A stretch of DNA of 64,000 bases from Eledone cirrhosa (GCA_964016885.1 OZ024741.1:71114001-71178000); one strand, 5' to 3'. Shown: positions 40,781 to 55,815, counted from the first letter of the stretch. Notes: a model not told the origin generated them from the sequence alone. Program-made: numbers and translations.

Positions 40781-41331
40781 AGACAAAAAGGTGCAAACTG
40801 TTTAAATTCCAGTTCACCCACACCACCTCAACCCACCCCCATCACCCCCATTCCAGATCTCCAATAACATTTCAATATTTCAACTTCTCTTTGGAGGTGG
40901 AAGGTTGCTCCAGCTCGGTCTTATACTCTATTGTCACTTTTGGACGTCTTTTTGACATTTTCTTTGTTTTTCCTTTGTGATGTTCTGCTGATAATGATGG
41001 TGCTTGCTTCCGTTTCTTATCTTTCCCGCCTGTGGTTGCTAACGTCAACCCTGGTACCTTGTTGTCATTGACGACATCTCCTTCATCACTGCTAGAGCTG
41101 TAATCACTCAACCAAAGATCCTCAAGATCTTCAATGTCACTCTCTTCAAATTCATTGTAAGGAACATACTCCACATAACCAGAGGTACTCGCATCACCTT
41201 TCTCCTTCTCCTCTTCTACCTCCTTTGCAATCCGCCCATGCTGTCCTTCCTCTTCACTGTCAATCTCTTCTTCCTCCTCCTCTACCCCATCCAGAACTTT
41301 CCTGAATGCTTTCATTGGGAAGTTGTACACC
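40781..41331 (-). pseudogene. MAK16: MAK16-like C-terminal coding fragment with 3' flank; probable retrocopy (ORF 40872-41330)
   Basis: YNFP..AF.K.L, acidic tract, EYV...FEESDIEDLED, basic tract and RPKVTIEY.TE.E match the MAK16 C-terminus as I recall it; both ends lie in microsatellite. Confidence 0.75.
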
Positions 41332-41421
41332 TATGTGTGTATACATATACATATATGTATACACACATATACATAGGAAAGAATATACTTTCGGACGTTC
41401 AACAATCTGGCAGGAAGGTAT

Positions 41422-41464
41422 ACGTTGCTGACGATAGCTAACAAGCTTGAAACTAGTACAGCGT
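41422..41464 (+). ncRNA. Minimal type I hammerhead
   Basis: acgttg-CTGACGA-t-agct-aaca-agct-t-GAAA-ctag-TA-cagcgt. Confidence 0.85.
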
Positions 41465-41840
41465 TCCTTTGTCAGTGTTGAACAAACGAGCAACGGTGGT
41501 TGCTGGACACTACGGCTTAATACGGGATGTTTGTTTACAAACACACCGAGCATTATAATAAATGTTCGGTGAATCCATACGTACATATATATATGTGTTC
41601 ATGTATGTATATATATACATACTAATGTACGTCTGTATACATGTATGTATGTACGTGTACATACTTATATTTAAGTAACAGCCGTACTAAGAGTGGGAAA
41701 TGAAATTTCGTTTCATTTTTTCCGTTTATCGTTTTCGGTGCACCCGGCCAATTAACCCACTTGATATGCAAATTGGGCTACTCAGCCGGTAATATGCATA
41801 AGGTAAGTATATACGTTCAACAATCTGGCAGGAAGGTATA

Positions 41841-41880
41841 CGTTGCTGACGATAGCTGATGAGCTTGAAACTAGTACAGC
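41841..41880 (+). ncRNA. Minimal type I hammerhead
   Basis: gttg-CTGACGA-t-agct-gatg-agct-t-GAAA-ctag-TA-cagc; differences from the first copy fall in loop 2. Confidence 0.85.
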
Positions 41881-41981
41881 TTCCTTTGTCAGTGTTGAAC
41901 AAACGAGCAACGATGGTTACTAGACACTACGGCTTAATACGGGATGTTTGTTTACAAACACACCGAGCATTATAATAAATG

Positions 41982-42355
41982 TTTTTCCAACCAGTTCTGA
42001 CTCTAGCTACAGTACTTTCAGAGCACCCTCCCCCACTGCTGATTTTATCGCCCAGGTAACGGAAGCTGTCCACTATTTCTATAGAACCCTCTGCGCAATT
42101 GAAAGAGCTAGTATTTTGTGGGCACTTGCTGCTACTTATTGCACCAGAGCACCGGCCACATGTAAAATCTATGTTCTTAGTTAGCTTACCTGTGATCCCA
42201 CTACATCTTTTATGCACCCATACTTTGCATTTAGGACATAAAATGGAGTTTCTACCTACGCCTTTCCTACACACCGAGCACGACCATTTCCCAGAAGGGA
42301 CCGCCGCCTTGTTTTCTTTCCTACAAACTAGTACTTTGGTCTTAGCCAGGTTAAT
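41982..42355 (-). mobile_element. Internal fragment of RTE family 1 (PHD insert region)
   Basis: [10 protein letters not shown]...CSVC...FRYLG...RTGWK, near-identical to 17954-18326. Confidence 0.93.
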
Positions 42356-42369
42356 ATATATATATATAC

Positions 42370-42402
<33 letters not shown>

Positions 42403-42439
42403 CACATACATATATATATATATATATACACAGACATAC

Positions 42440-42471
<32 letters not shown>

Positions 42472-42527
42472 ATATATATATATATATACACAGACATACA
42501 TATATATATATATATATATATACACAG

Positions 42528-42564
<37 letters not shown>

Positions 42565-42609
42565 CATACATACATATATATATATACACATACATATATA
42601 TATATATAT

Positions 42610-42670
<61 letters not shown>

Positions 42671-42849
42671 CATATATATATATATAAATATATATATACA
42701 CATACATAGATATATATATATATACACATACATACATATATATATATATACACATACATACATATATATATACACATACATACATATATATATATATACA
42801 CACATACATACATATATATATATATATACACACACATACATATATATAT

Positions 42850-42880
<31 letters not shown>

Positions 42881-43017
42881 CACATACATACATATATACA
42901 CATACATACATACATATATATACACATACATACATATATATATATACACATACATACATACATATATACACATACATACATACATATATATACACATACA
43001 TACATATATATATATAC

Positions 43018-43058
<41 letters not shown>

Positions 43059-43799
43059 CATATATATACACATACATACATACATATATATATACACATA
43101 CATACATACATATATATATACACATACATACATACATATATATATATACACATACATACATATATATATATATACACATACATACATATATATATATATA
43201 CACATACATACATATATATATACACATACATACATACATATATATATATACACATACATATATATATATACACATACATACATATATATATATATACACA
43301 CATACATACATATATATATACACACACATACATACATATATATATACACATACATATATATATATACATGTATATATATATACATGTATATATATATACA
43401 TACATACATATATATATATATATACACACATACATACATACATACATATATATATATACACACGTACATATATATACACACACATACATATATATATATA
43501 TACACACACATACATACATATATATACACACACATACATACATATATATACACACACATACATACATACATGTATATATATATATACACATACATATATA
43601 TATACATATACACATACATATATATATACACATACATATATATATACACATATACACATACATATATATATATACACATACATATATATATACACATACA
43701 TATATATACACATACATACATACATATATATATATATACACATACATATATATATATATACACATACATATATATATATACACATACATACATATATAT

Positions 43800-43832
<33 letters not shown>

Positions 43833-43996
43833 TATACACATACATATATATATATACACATACATATATATATACACATATACATAAATACATATATATA
43901 TATACACACATACATAAATACATATATACACATACATAAATACATATATATATACACATACATACATATATATACACACATACATACATACATATA

Positions 43997-44256
43997 AGGG
44001 TTGCAGGTGTTCTATCAGAGTTTTCCTTCTAGAATTCTGCCTTGACAAAGGCTATGGGGTCATCTCTCCCGGTGATTTTGGATGGCCATTGACTCTTAAG
44101 AGCTCCTTTGCCCTTTGAATGTTTTTTTTTTTTAGTCCTGCAGGATGTCCAAAGTCACCCTCCTCACCAAGAAACCTTGGTGGGGTTGCAAGTTTAGTCG
44201 CCAACGACCCGACCATGGGACAGGTTGTACTGGGATACATGTTACCAGTAGCACCA
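43997..44256 (-). mobile_element. Non-autonomous RTE derivative, copy b (5' portion only)
   Basis: Matches 40327-40521 and 47021-47255. Confidence 0.8.
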
Positions 44257-44265
44257 TATATATAT

Positions 44266-44338
<73 letters not shown>

Positions 44339-44437
44339 CACATACATACGTATATATATATATATATATACACACATACATACGTATATATATATATATA
44401 TATACACATACATACATACATACATATATATATACAC

Positions 44438-44472
<35 letters not shown>

Positions 44473-44473
44473 C

Positions 44474-44572
<99 letters not shown>

Positions 44573-44573
44573 C

Positions 44574-44606
<33 letters not shown>

Positions 44607-44607
44607 C

Positions 44608-44640
<33 letters not shown>

Positions 44641-44641
44641 C

Positions 44642-44748
<107 letters not shown>

Positions 44749-44749
44749 C

Positions 44750-44852
<103 letters not shown>

Positions 44853-44881
44853 CACATACATACATATATATATATATATAT

Positions 44882-44913
<32 letters not shown>

Positions 44914-44941
44914 ACATACATACATATATATATATATATAC

Positions 44942-44972
<31 letters not shown>

Positions 44973-44973
44973 C

Positions 44974-45052
<79 letters not shown>

Positions 45053-45077
45053 CATACATATATATATATATATATAC

Positions 45078-45150
<73 letters not shown>

Positions 45151-45265
45151 CACATACATACATATATATATATATATATACACATACATACATACATATA
45201 TATATATATACACATACATACATACATATATATACACATACATACATATATATATATATATATAC

Positions 45266-45344
<79 letters not shown>

Positions 45345-45347
45345 CAC

Positions 45348-45380
<33 letters not shown>

Positions 45381-45420
45381 CACATACATACATACATACA
45401 TATTATATATATATATATAC

Positions 45421-45455
<35 letters not shown>

Positions 45456-45507
45456 TATATATACACATACATACATACATACATACATACATACATACAT
45501 ACATACA

Positions 45508-45543
<36 letters not shown>

Positions 45544-45552
45544 TATATACAC

Positions 45553-45661
45553 ACAAAACATTCTTGCAATTCAAGGGATGACAATTTCTTTTCTTTTACA
45601 ACCTTGCCACCAGGAAGGTGGCCGGTCAAAAAATATACTCAAAATGAAGAGAAAGAGAAAA
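45553..45661. other. Unidentified 110-bp island in microsatellite
   Basis: Unique sequence with hairpin gccacc-aggaa-ggtggc. Confidence 0.5.
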
Positions 45662-45698
45662 CATACATACATACATACATATATATATACACATCCAT

Positions 45699-45771
<73 letters not shown>

Positions 45772-45804
45772 TATACACATACATACATATATATATATAT
45801 ATAC

Positions 45805-45861
<57 letters not shown>

Positions 45862-45866
45862 CAAAT

Positions 45867-45982
<116 letters not shown>

Positions 45983-46027
45983 AAGTTAAATAAAAGTCAA
46001 ATGATTAAAATTTAGCTTCGTTTATTA

Positions 46028-46080
46028 CTGCTATATATATTTCAGTGACAGCCATCTTTGGCTGTGACCTCTTCAGGCAG
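46028..46080 (-). ncRNA. Hammerhead ribozyme, left arm
   Basis: ctgc-CTGAAGA-ggtcacagcca-aaga-tggctgtcact-GAAA-tatata-TA-gcag. Confidence 0.8.
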
Positions 46081-46377
46081 TTTAAATTAGTATGGTATAG
46101 ACAAGTACATATGTTGTTTAGGTATATAATATTGTCAATACTCTGATATGCCCAGTTCCTTGTTGGGCTGTTAATTCACTGAGGAACTGGAGACTTATGA
46201 ATTCAAACAAACGAATTTCAGTGTCAAAGGTCCCCTTCTCCTCTCATTGGTCAGTTATTAGAACATTCCTCATTCTCAGTGAATTAACAACCCAACAAGG
46301 AACTGGGCATATCAGAGTATTGACAATATTATACACCTAAACAACATATGTACTTGTCTATACCATACTAATTCAAA

Positions 46378-46430
46378 CTGCCTGAAGAGGTCACAGCCAA
46401 ATATGGCTGTCACTGAAATATATATAGCAG
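46378..46430 (+). ncRNA. Hammerhead ribozyme, right arm
   Basis: ctgc-CTGAAGA-ggtcacagcca-aata-tggctgtcact-GAAA-tatata-TA-gcag. Confidence 0.8.
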
Positions 46431-46577
46431 TAATAAACAAAGCTAAATTTTTATCATTTGACTTTTATTTAACTTTATTTTACACTACTCCGGAGTAACC
46501 AAACCAATCTGCGCACTTCGTCGAGTGCTCCAGCCTGCATACTGAGTTGTTGGTATACAACCAACATAAACTCAAAA

Positions 46578-46615
<38 letters not shown>

Positions 46616-46686
46616 CATACACGTACATATATATATATATATACACAGACATACATATATATATACACATACATACATATATATAT

Positions 46687-47270
46687 ATGGTGGCTGCCAA
46701 CTCGTTTTCGTGTACAGCCACTACTTTATATCCATGTAGGAGAACCCCTACCGATGCGCTGAACAAGTGTGACTTTTTAGTGCAGCCAGCGACTTGAAAA
46801 CTCTGGTACAAACACTACACTTGTGACAATTACTGACACATAGTGCTGGGCCCATGGTACCATGTGACGACAAGTGCAGAGAGATTTCCAGATATAAAGC
46901 AATGCTTGTGCCGTGAAGCTTTTATAGTGAGCAAAGGCACTGCACAAAGCCAGTCCCACTCTCTTAACCAAGATGATATTTACCAAAAAGAAGAACAAGT
47001 CAACATCATTGGATACCATCAGGGTTGCAGGTGTTATATCAGAGTTTTCCTTCTCCTAGAATTCTGCCTTGACAAAGGCTAAGGGGTCATCTCTCCAAGT
47101 GATTTTGGATGGCCATTGACAGGTTTTGTTTTTAGTCCTGCAGGATGTCCAAAGTCACCCTCCTCACCAAGAAACCTTGGTGGGGTTGCCAGTTTAGTCG
47201 CCAACGACCCGACCATGGGACAGGTTGTACTGGGATACATGTTACCAGTAGCACCAAGTGGTGACCTGAC

Positions 47271-47271
<1 letters not shown>
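46687..47271 (-). mobile_element. Non-autonomous RTE derivative, copy c (longest)
   Basis: Colinear with copy a; finger reads [25 protein letters not shown]; extends furthest 5'. Confidence 0.82.
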
Positions 47272-47301
<30 letters not shown>

Positions 47302-47744
47302 TATACACATACATACATACATATATATATATACACATACATACATACATACATATATATATATACACATACATACACATACATACATACATACATACAT
47401 ATATACATATACATACATACATACATACATATATATATATATACACATACATATATATATACACATACATACATACATATATATATATATACACATACAT
47501 ACATACATACATATATATATATATATACACATACATACATACATACATATATATATATATATACACATACATACATACATACATATATATATATATACAC
47601 ATACATACATACATATATATATATATATACACATACATACATATATATATATATACACATACATACATACATATATATATATACACATACATACATACAT
47701 ATATATATATACACATACATACATACATACATATATATATATAC

Positions 47745-47775
<31 letters not shown>

Positions 47776-47780
47776 TATAC

Positions 47781-47813
<33 letters not shown>

Positions 47814-47814
47814 C

Positions 47815-47847
<33 letters not shown>

Positions 47848-47896
47848 CACATACATACATATATATACACATACATACATATATATATATATACAC

Positions 47897-47927
<31 letters not shown>

Positions 47928-47960
47928 CACATACATACATACATATATATATATATATAC

Positions 47961-47991
<31 letters not shown>

Positions 47992-48000
47992 TATATACAC

Positions 48001-48420
48001 ATCATCATCATCATCAACGTTTAACGTCCGTGTTCCACGCTTGCATGTGTTTGGACGGGGGTATTTCCCACTTGAGGCAAGAGTGATTGTCTTGCTCGCA
48101 TAGGACTGTCTGGCGGGTTTTCTACAGCTGGATGCCCTTCATAACACCAACCACATTTACAGTGTGGGGCTGGGAGGTTTTTGCCGTGTTGCCTACACAG
48201 CCACATTACAGCGTCGACTGTCCGGCGGGTTTTCTACGGCTGGATGCCCTTCCTAACACCAACCACATTTACAGTGTGGGGCTGGGAGGTTTTTACCATG
48301 TTGCCTACACGGCCACATTACAGCGTGGACTGTGTGTTTTTTTATCGTGACACCTACACGATCTCATTTGTTTCGGCCTGGATGTTGTGGCACCAACATA
48401 ACTTTACATTGAAAGGGGCA
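48001..48420 (-). mobile_element. RTE family 1, 3' UTR only
   Basis: Near-identical to 3870-4283, including the ~110-bp duplication and (GAT)n tail. Confidence 0.92.
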
Positions 48421-48457
48421 TACACATGCATACATATATATACACATACATACATAA

Positions 48458-48488
<31 letters not shown>

Positions 48489-48572
48489 CATACATACTTA
48501 TATGTATATATATACACACATATATATATATACACACACATACATACATATATATATATATGTACGTATGTG

Positions 48573-48606
<34 letters not shown>

Positions 48607-48677
48607 CACATACATACATATATATATACACACATACATACATATATATATATATACACATACATATATATATATAT

Positions 48678-48709
<32 letters not shown>

Positions 48710-48929
48710 ACATACATACATATATATATATACACATACATATATATATATATATATACACATACATACATATATATATATACACATACATATATATATA
48801 TATACACATACATATATATATATATATATACACATATATATATATATATATACACATACATATATATATATATATATACACATACATATATATATATATA
48901 TATACACATACATATATATATATATATAT

Positions 48930-48961
<32 letters not shown>

Positions 48962-49483
48962 ACATACATATATATATATATATATATACATACATATATA
49001 TATATATATATACACATACATATATATATATATATACACATACATATATATATATATATACACATACATATATATATATATATACACATACATACATATA
49101 TATATATATACACATACATATATATATATATATACACATACATACATATATATATATACACATACATATATATATATATATATACACATACATACATATA
49201 TATATATACACATACATATATATATATATATACACATACATATATATATATATACACATACATACATATATATATATACACATACATACATATATATATA
49301 TATATACATACATACATACATATATATATATACATACATACATATATATATATATACACATACATACATATATATATATATATATACACATACATATATA
49401 TATATATACACATACATATATATATATATATACACATATATATATATATATATATACACATACATATATATATATATATATAT

Positions 49484-49526
<43 letters not shown>

Positions 49527-49623
49527 CATACATATATATATATATACACATACATACATATATATATATATACACATACATACATATATATATATATATA
49601 CACATACATACATATATATATAT

Positions 49624-49656
<33 letters not shown>

Positions 49657-49807
49657 CACATACATACATATATATATATATACACATACATACATATATA
49701 TATATACACATACATACATATATATATATATACACATACATACATATATATATATATATACACATACATACATATATATATATATACACATACATACATA
49801 TATATAT

Positions 49808-49838
<31 letters not shown>

Positions 49839-49878
49839 CACATACATACATATATATATATATACTATATATATATAT

Positions 49879-49913
<35 letters not shown>

Positions 49914-49964
49914 CACATACATACATATATATATATATACACATACATACATATATATATATAT

Positions 49965-50005
<41 letters not shown>

Positions 50006-50024
50006 CATACATATATATATATAT

Positions 50025-50065
<41 letters not shown>

Positions 50066-50236
50066 CATACATATATATATATACACATACATACATATAT
50101 ATATATATATATACACATACATACATATATATATATATACACATACATACATATATATATATACACATACATACATATATATATATACACACATACATAC
50201 ATATATATATACAGACATACATACATATATATATAC

Positions 50237-50277
<41 letters not shown>

Positions 50278-50298
50278 CATACATATATATATATATTT

Positions 50299-50361
<63 letters not shown>

Positions 50362-50367
50362 CATACA

Positions 50368-50555
50368 TGTTTGGAAAGAGAGATATATTTTAACTTTAAT
50401 TATATCTCATAAAATAATACAACTGGCTTTCCACATAATACATATAGTTAGGAACCCAAACACTTAAATTGGGTTTATACTAACATATAACCTAATGTTT
50501 GTTGAGTGAGATGGTTACCAGTCAGAGCTTAGCTTTAAGCTGTCTCTCTATTAAA
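50368..50555 (+). mobile_element. Short island homologous to the sequence 3' of the 21965 hammerhead
   Basis: ggaaagagagat...aaaataatacaac...cccaaacact.aaattggg...cctaatgtttgttgagtgagatgg...gtcagagc shared with 22084-22270. Confidence 0.8.
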
Positions 50556-50633
50556 TATATATATATATACATACATACATACATAAAAATATACATACAT
50601 ATATATATATATATATATACATACATACATACA

Positions 50634-50701
<68 letters not shown>

Positions 50702-50707
50702 TACTTA

Positions 50708-50739
<32 letters not shown>

Positions 50740-50769
50740 CATATATATACATATATATATATATACTTA

Positions 50770-51029
<260 letters not shown>

Positions 51030-51124
51030 CATATATATATATACATATATATATATACATATATATATATACATATATATATATACATATATATATATAC
51101 ATATATATATATACATATATATAC

Positions 51125-51175
<51 letters not shown>

Positions 51176-51190
51176 CATATATATATATAC

Positions 51191-51267
<77 letters not shown>

Positions 51268-51313
51268 CACACATACATATACATACATATATATATATAT
51301 ACACATACATACA

Positions 51314-51350
<37 letters not shown>

Positions 51351-51415
51351 TGATATATACATACATATATATATATATACATACATATATATATATATAC
51401 ATACATATACATACA

Positions 51416-51455
<40 letters not shown>

Positions 51456-51460
51456 CATAC

Positions 51461-51515
<55 letters not shown>

Positions 51516-51556
51516 CATACATACATATATATATACATACATATATATATACATAC

Positions 51557-51609
<53 letters not shown>

Positions 51610-51834
51610 CATACATAGATATATACATATACATACATACATATATAAATACATACATATATATATATATATACATACATACATATATATATATACATAC
51701 ATATATATATATACATACATATATATATATACATACATATATATATATATACATACATATATATATACATACATATATATAAATACATACATATATATAT
51801 ATATATACATACATACATATATATAAATACATAA

Positions 51835-51870
<36 letters not shown>

Positions 51871-51935
51871 ATATATATATATACATCAATACATACATAC
51901 ATACATATATATATATATACATACATACATACATA

Positions 51936-51976
<41 letters not shown>

Positions 51977-51989
51977 ACATACATATATA

Positions 51990-52021
<32 letters not shown>

Positions 52022-52509
52022 CATATATATACATACATACATATATATATATATACATACATACATATATATATACATACATACATATATATATATACAT
52101 ACATATATATATATATATATACATACATATATATATATACATACATATATATATATATATACATACATACATATATATATACATACATATATATATATAC
52201 ATACATACATATATATATATACATACATACATATATATATATATACATAAATACATACATATATATATAACATACATACATATATATATATACATACATA
52301 CATATATATATATACATACATACATATATATATATACATACATACATATATATATATATATACATAAATACATACATATATATATATATACATAAATACA
52401 TACATATATATATATACATACATACATATATATATATATACATAAATACATACATATATATATACATAAATACATACATATATATATATACATACATACA
52501 TATATATAT

Positions 52510-52540
<31 letters not shown>

Positions 52541-52636
52541 CATAAATATATATATATATATACATACATATATATATATACATACATACATATATATATA
52601 TATATACATACATATATATATATACATACATACATA

Positions 52637-52668
<32 letters not shown>

Positions 52669-52900
52669 CATATATATACATACATACATATATATACATA
52701 CATACATATACATATATATACATACATATATATATATATACATACATATATATATATATATACATACATATATATATATACATACATATATATATATATA
52801 CATACATATATATATATATATACATACATATATATATATACATGCATATATATATATACATACATATATATATATATATATACATACATATATATATATG

Positions 52901-55500
52901 TATCGAGAATCTAATTGTAATACGTGACGTATTCTATTCTATAGCGATTAGGTCTTCAAAATGTTTATTATAAACATACAGAATATTTTCGAATATTCTA
53001 TGTCTATATTCACATATATATCGCTATTTCAGAGCATTTATTCCAATTTCTAATTTCTGCCGGACCGGCAACCGCTCTTTCAAACCAGTTCCTGTACACA
53101 GCTAAGTATTCTATAAGTCTCTAGCTGTGTCATTCTCGATAAAAGCACTGGATATGTAGTCCTGATGATTTCTAACAAGAATGAAACGCGTAGATTACTT
53201 CCCTTGCTTTTATCGAGAATCTAATTGTAATACGTGACGTATTCTATTCTATAGCGATTAGGTCTTCAAAATGTTTATTATAAACATACAGAATATTTTC
53301 GAATATTCTATGTCTATATTCACATATATATCGCTATTTCAGAGCATTTATTCCAATTTCTAATTTCTGCCGGACCGGCAACCGCTCTTTCAAACCAGTT
53401 CCTGTACACAGCTAAGTATTCTATAAGTCTCTAGCTGTGTCATTCTCGATAAAAGCACTGGATATGTAGTCCTGATGATTTCTAACAAGAATGAAACGCG
53501 TAGATTACTTCCCTTGCTTTTATCGAGAATCTAATTGTAATACGTGACGTATTCTATTCTATAGCGATTAGGTCTTCAAAATGTTTATTATAAACATACA
53601 GAATATTTTCGAATATTCTATGTCTATATTCACATATATATCGCTATTTCAGAGCATTTATTCCAATTTCTAATTTCTGCCGGACCGGCAACCGCTCTTT
53701 CAAACCAGTTCCTGTACACAGCTAAGTATTCTATAAGTCTCTAGCTGTGTCATTCTCGATAAAAGCACTGGATATGTAGTCCTGATGATTTCTAACAAGA
53801 ATGAAACGCGTAGATTACTTCCCTTGCTTTTATCGAGAATCTAATTGTAATACGTGACGTATTCTATTCTATAGCGATTAGGTCTTCAAAATGTTTATTA
53901 TAAACATACAGAATATTTTCGAATATTCTATGTCTATATTCACATATATATCGCTATTTCAGAGCATTTATTCCAATTTCTAATTTCTGCCGGACCGGCA
54001 ACCGCTCTTTCAAACCAGTTCCTGTACACAGCTAAGTATTCTATAAGTCTCTAGCTGTGTCATTCTCGATAAAAGCACTGGATATGTAGTCCTGATGATT
54101 TCTAACAAGAATGAAACGCGTAGATTACTTCCCTTGCTTTTATCGAGAATCTAATTGTAATACGTGACGTATTCTATTCTATAGCGATTAGGTCTTCAAA
54201 ATGTTTATTATAAACATACAGAATATTTTCGAATATTCTATGTCTATATTCACATATATATCGCTATTTCAGAGCATTTATTCCAATTTCTAATTTCTGC
54301 CGGACCGGCAACCGCTCTTTCAAACCAGTTCCTGTACACAGCTAAATATTCTATAAGTCTCTAGCTGTGTCATTCTCGATAAAAGCACTGGATATGTAGT
54401 CCTGATGATTTCTAACAAGAATGAAACGCGTAGATTACTTCCCTTGCTTTTATCGAGAATCTAATTGTAATACGTGACGTATTCTATTCTATAGCGATTA
54501 GGTCTTCAAAATGTTTATTATAAACATACAGAATATTTTCGAATATTCTATGTCTATATTCACATATATATCGCTATTTCAGAGCATTTATTCCAATTTC
54601 TAATTTCTGCCGGACCGGCAACCGCTCTTTCAAACCAGTTCCTGTACACAGCTAAGTATTCTATAAGTCTCTAGCTGTGTCATTCTCGATAAAAGCACTG
54701 GATATGTAGTCCTGATGATTTCTAACAAGAATGAAACGCGTAGATTACTTCCCTTGCTTTTATCGAGAATCTAATTGTAATACGTGACGTATTCTATTCT
54801 ATAGCGATTAGGTCTTCAAAATGTTTATTATAAACATACAGAATATTTTCGAATATTCTATGTCTATATTCACATATATATCGCTATTTCAGAGCATTTA
54901 TTCCAATTTCTAATTTCTGCCGGACCGGCAACCGCTCTTTCAAACCAGTTCCTGTACACAGCTAAGTATTCTATAAGTCTCTAGCTGTGTCATTCTCGAT
55001 AAAAGCACTGGATATGTAGTCCTGATGATTTCTAACAAGAATGAAACGCGTAGATTACTTCCCTTGCTTTTATCGAGAATCAAATTGTAATACGTGACGT
55101 ATTCTATTCTATAGCGATTAGGTCTTCAAAATGTTTATTATAAACATACAGAATATTTTCGAATATTCTATGTCTATATTCACATATATATCGCTATTTC
55201 AGAGCATTTATTCCAATTTCTAATTTCTGCCGGACCGGCAACCGCTCTTTCAAACCAGTTCCTGTACACAGCTAAGTATTCTATAAGTCTCTAGCTGTGT
55301 CATTCTCGATAAAAGCACTGGATATGTAGTCCTGATGATTTCTAACAAGAATGAAACGCGTAGATTACTTCCCTTGCTTTTATCGAGAATCTAATTGTAA
55401 TACGTGACGTATTCTATTCTATAGCGATTAGGTCTTCAAAATGTTTATTATAAACATACAGAATATTTTCGAATATTCTATGTCTATATTCACATATATA
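52901..55500 (+). repeat. 310-bp tandem array (8 full units + ~120 bp), one hammerhead per full unit; retrozyme-like
   Basis: Units start at 52901, 53211, 53521, 53831, 54141, 54451, 54761, 55071 and 55381; only two substitutions noticed (near 54346 and 55082). Confidence 0.97.
53156..53198 (+). ncRNA. Minimal type I hammerhead, first of 8 (others at +310 n, last at 55326-55368)
   Basis: gtagtc-CTGATGA-t-ttct-aaca-agaa-t-GAAA-cgcg-TA-gattac; predicted cleavage after GUA at 53192. Confidence 0.9.
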
Positions 55501-55501
55501 T

Positions 55502-55540
<39 letters not shown>

Positions 55541-55639
55541 CATATATATATATATATACATACATACATATATATATATATATACATACACATATATATA
55601 TATATATACATACACATATATATATATATATACATACAC

Positions 55640-55690
<51 letters not shown>

Positions 55691-55774
55691 CATATATATA
55701 TATATATATACATACATATATATATATATACATACACATATATATATATATATATATACATACATATATATATA

Positions 55775-55815
<41 letters not shown>

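Larger units (their letters stand above)
41376..41985 (+). mobile_element. HHR-bearing element with 1.4 tandem units (~170-bp direct repeats 418 bp apart)
   Basis: 41395-41567 is repeated at 41813-41983; each repeat has an HHR and a downstream AATAAA. Confidence 0.8.

Noticed and set aside
41745-41812. Spliced-leader-like sequence, ATGCAAAT octamer and AG|GTAAGT donor
   Set aside because: Short motifs can occur by chance and I found no Sm site or matching acceptor; at most part of the HHR element's transcription unit
52901-55500. 310-bp array as CRISPR, rDNA/5S or a coding repeat
   Set aside because: No variable spacers, no rRNA similarity recognised and no long ORF; context is eukaryotic
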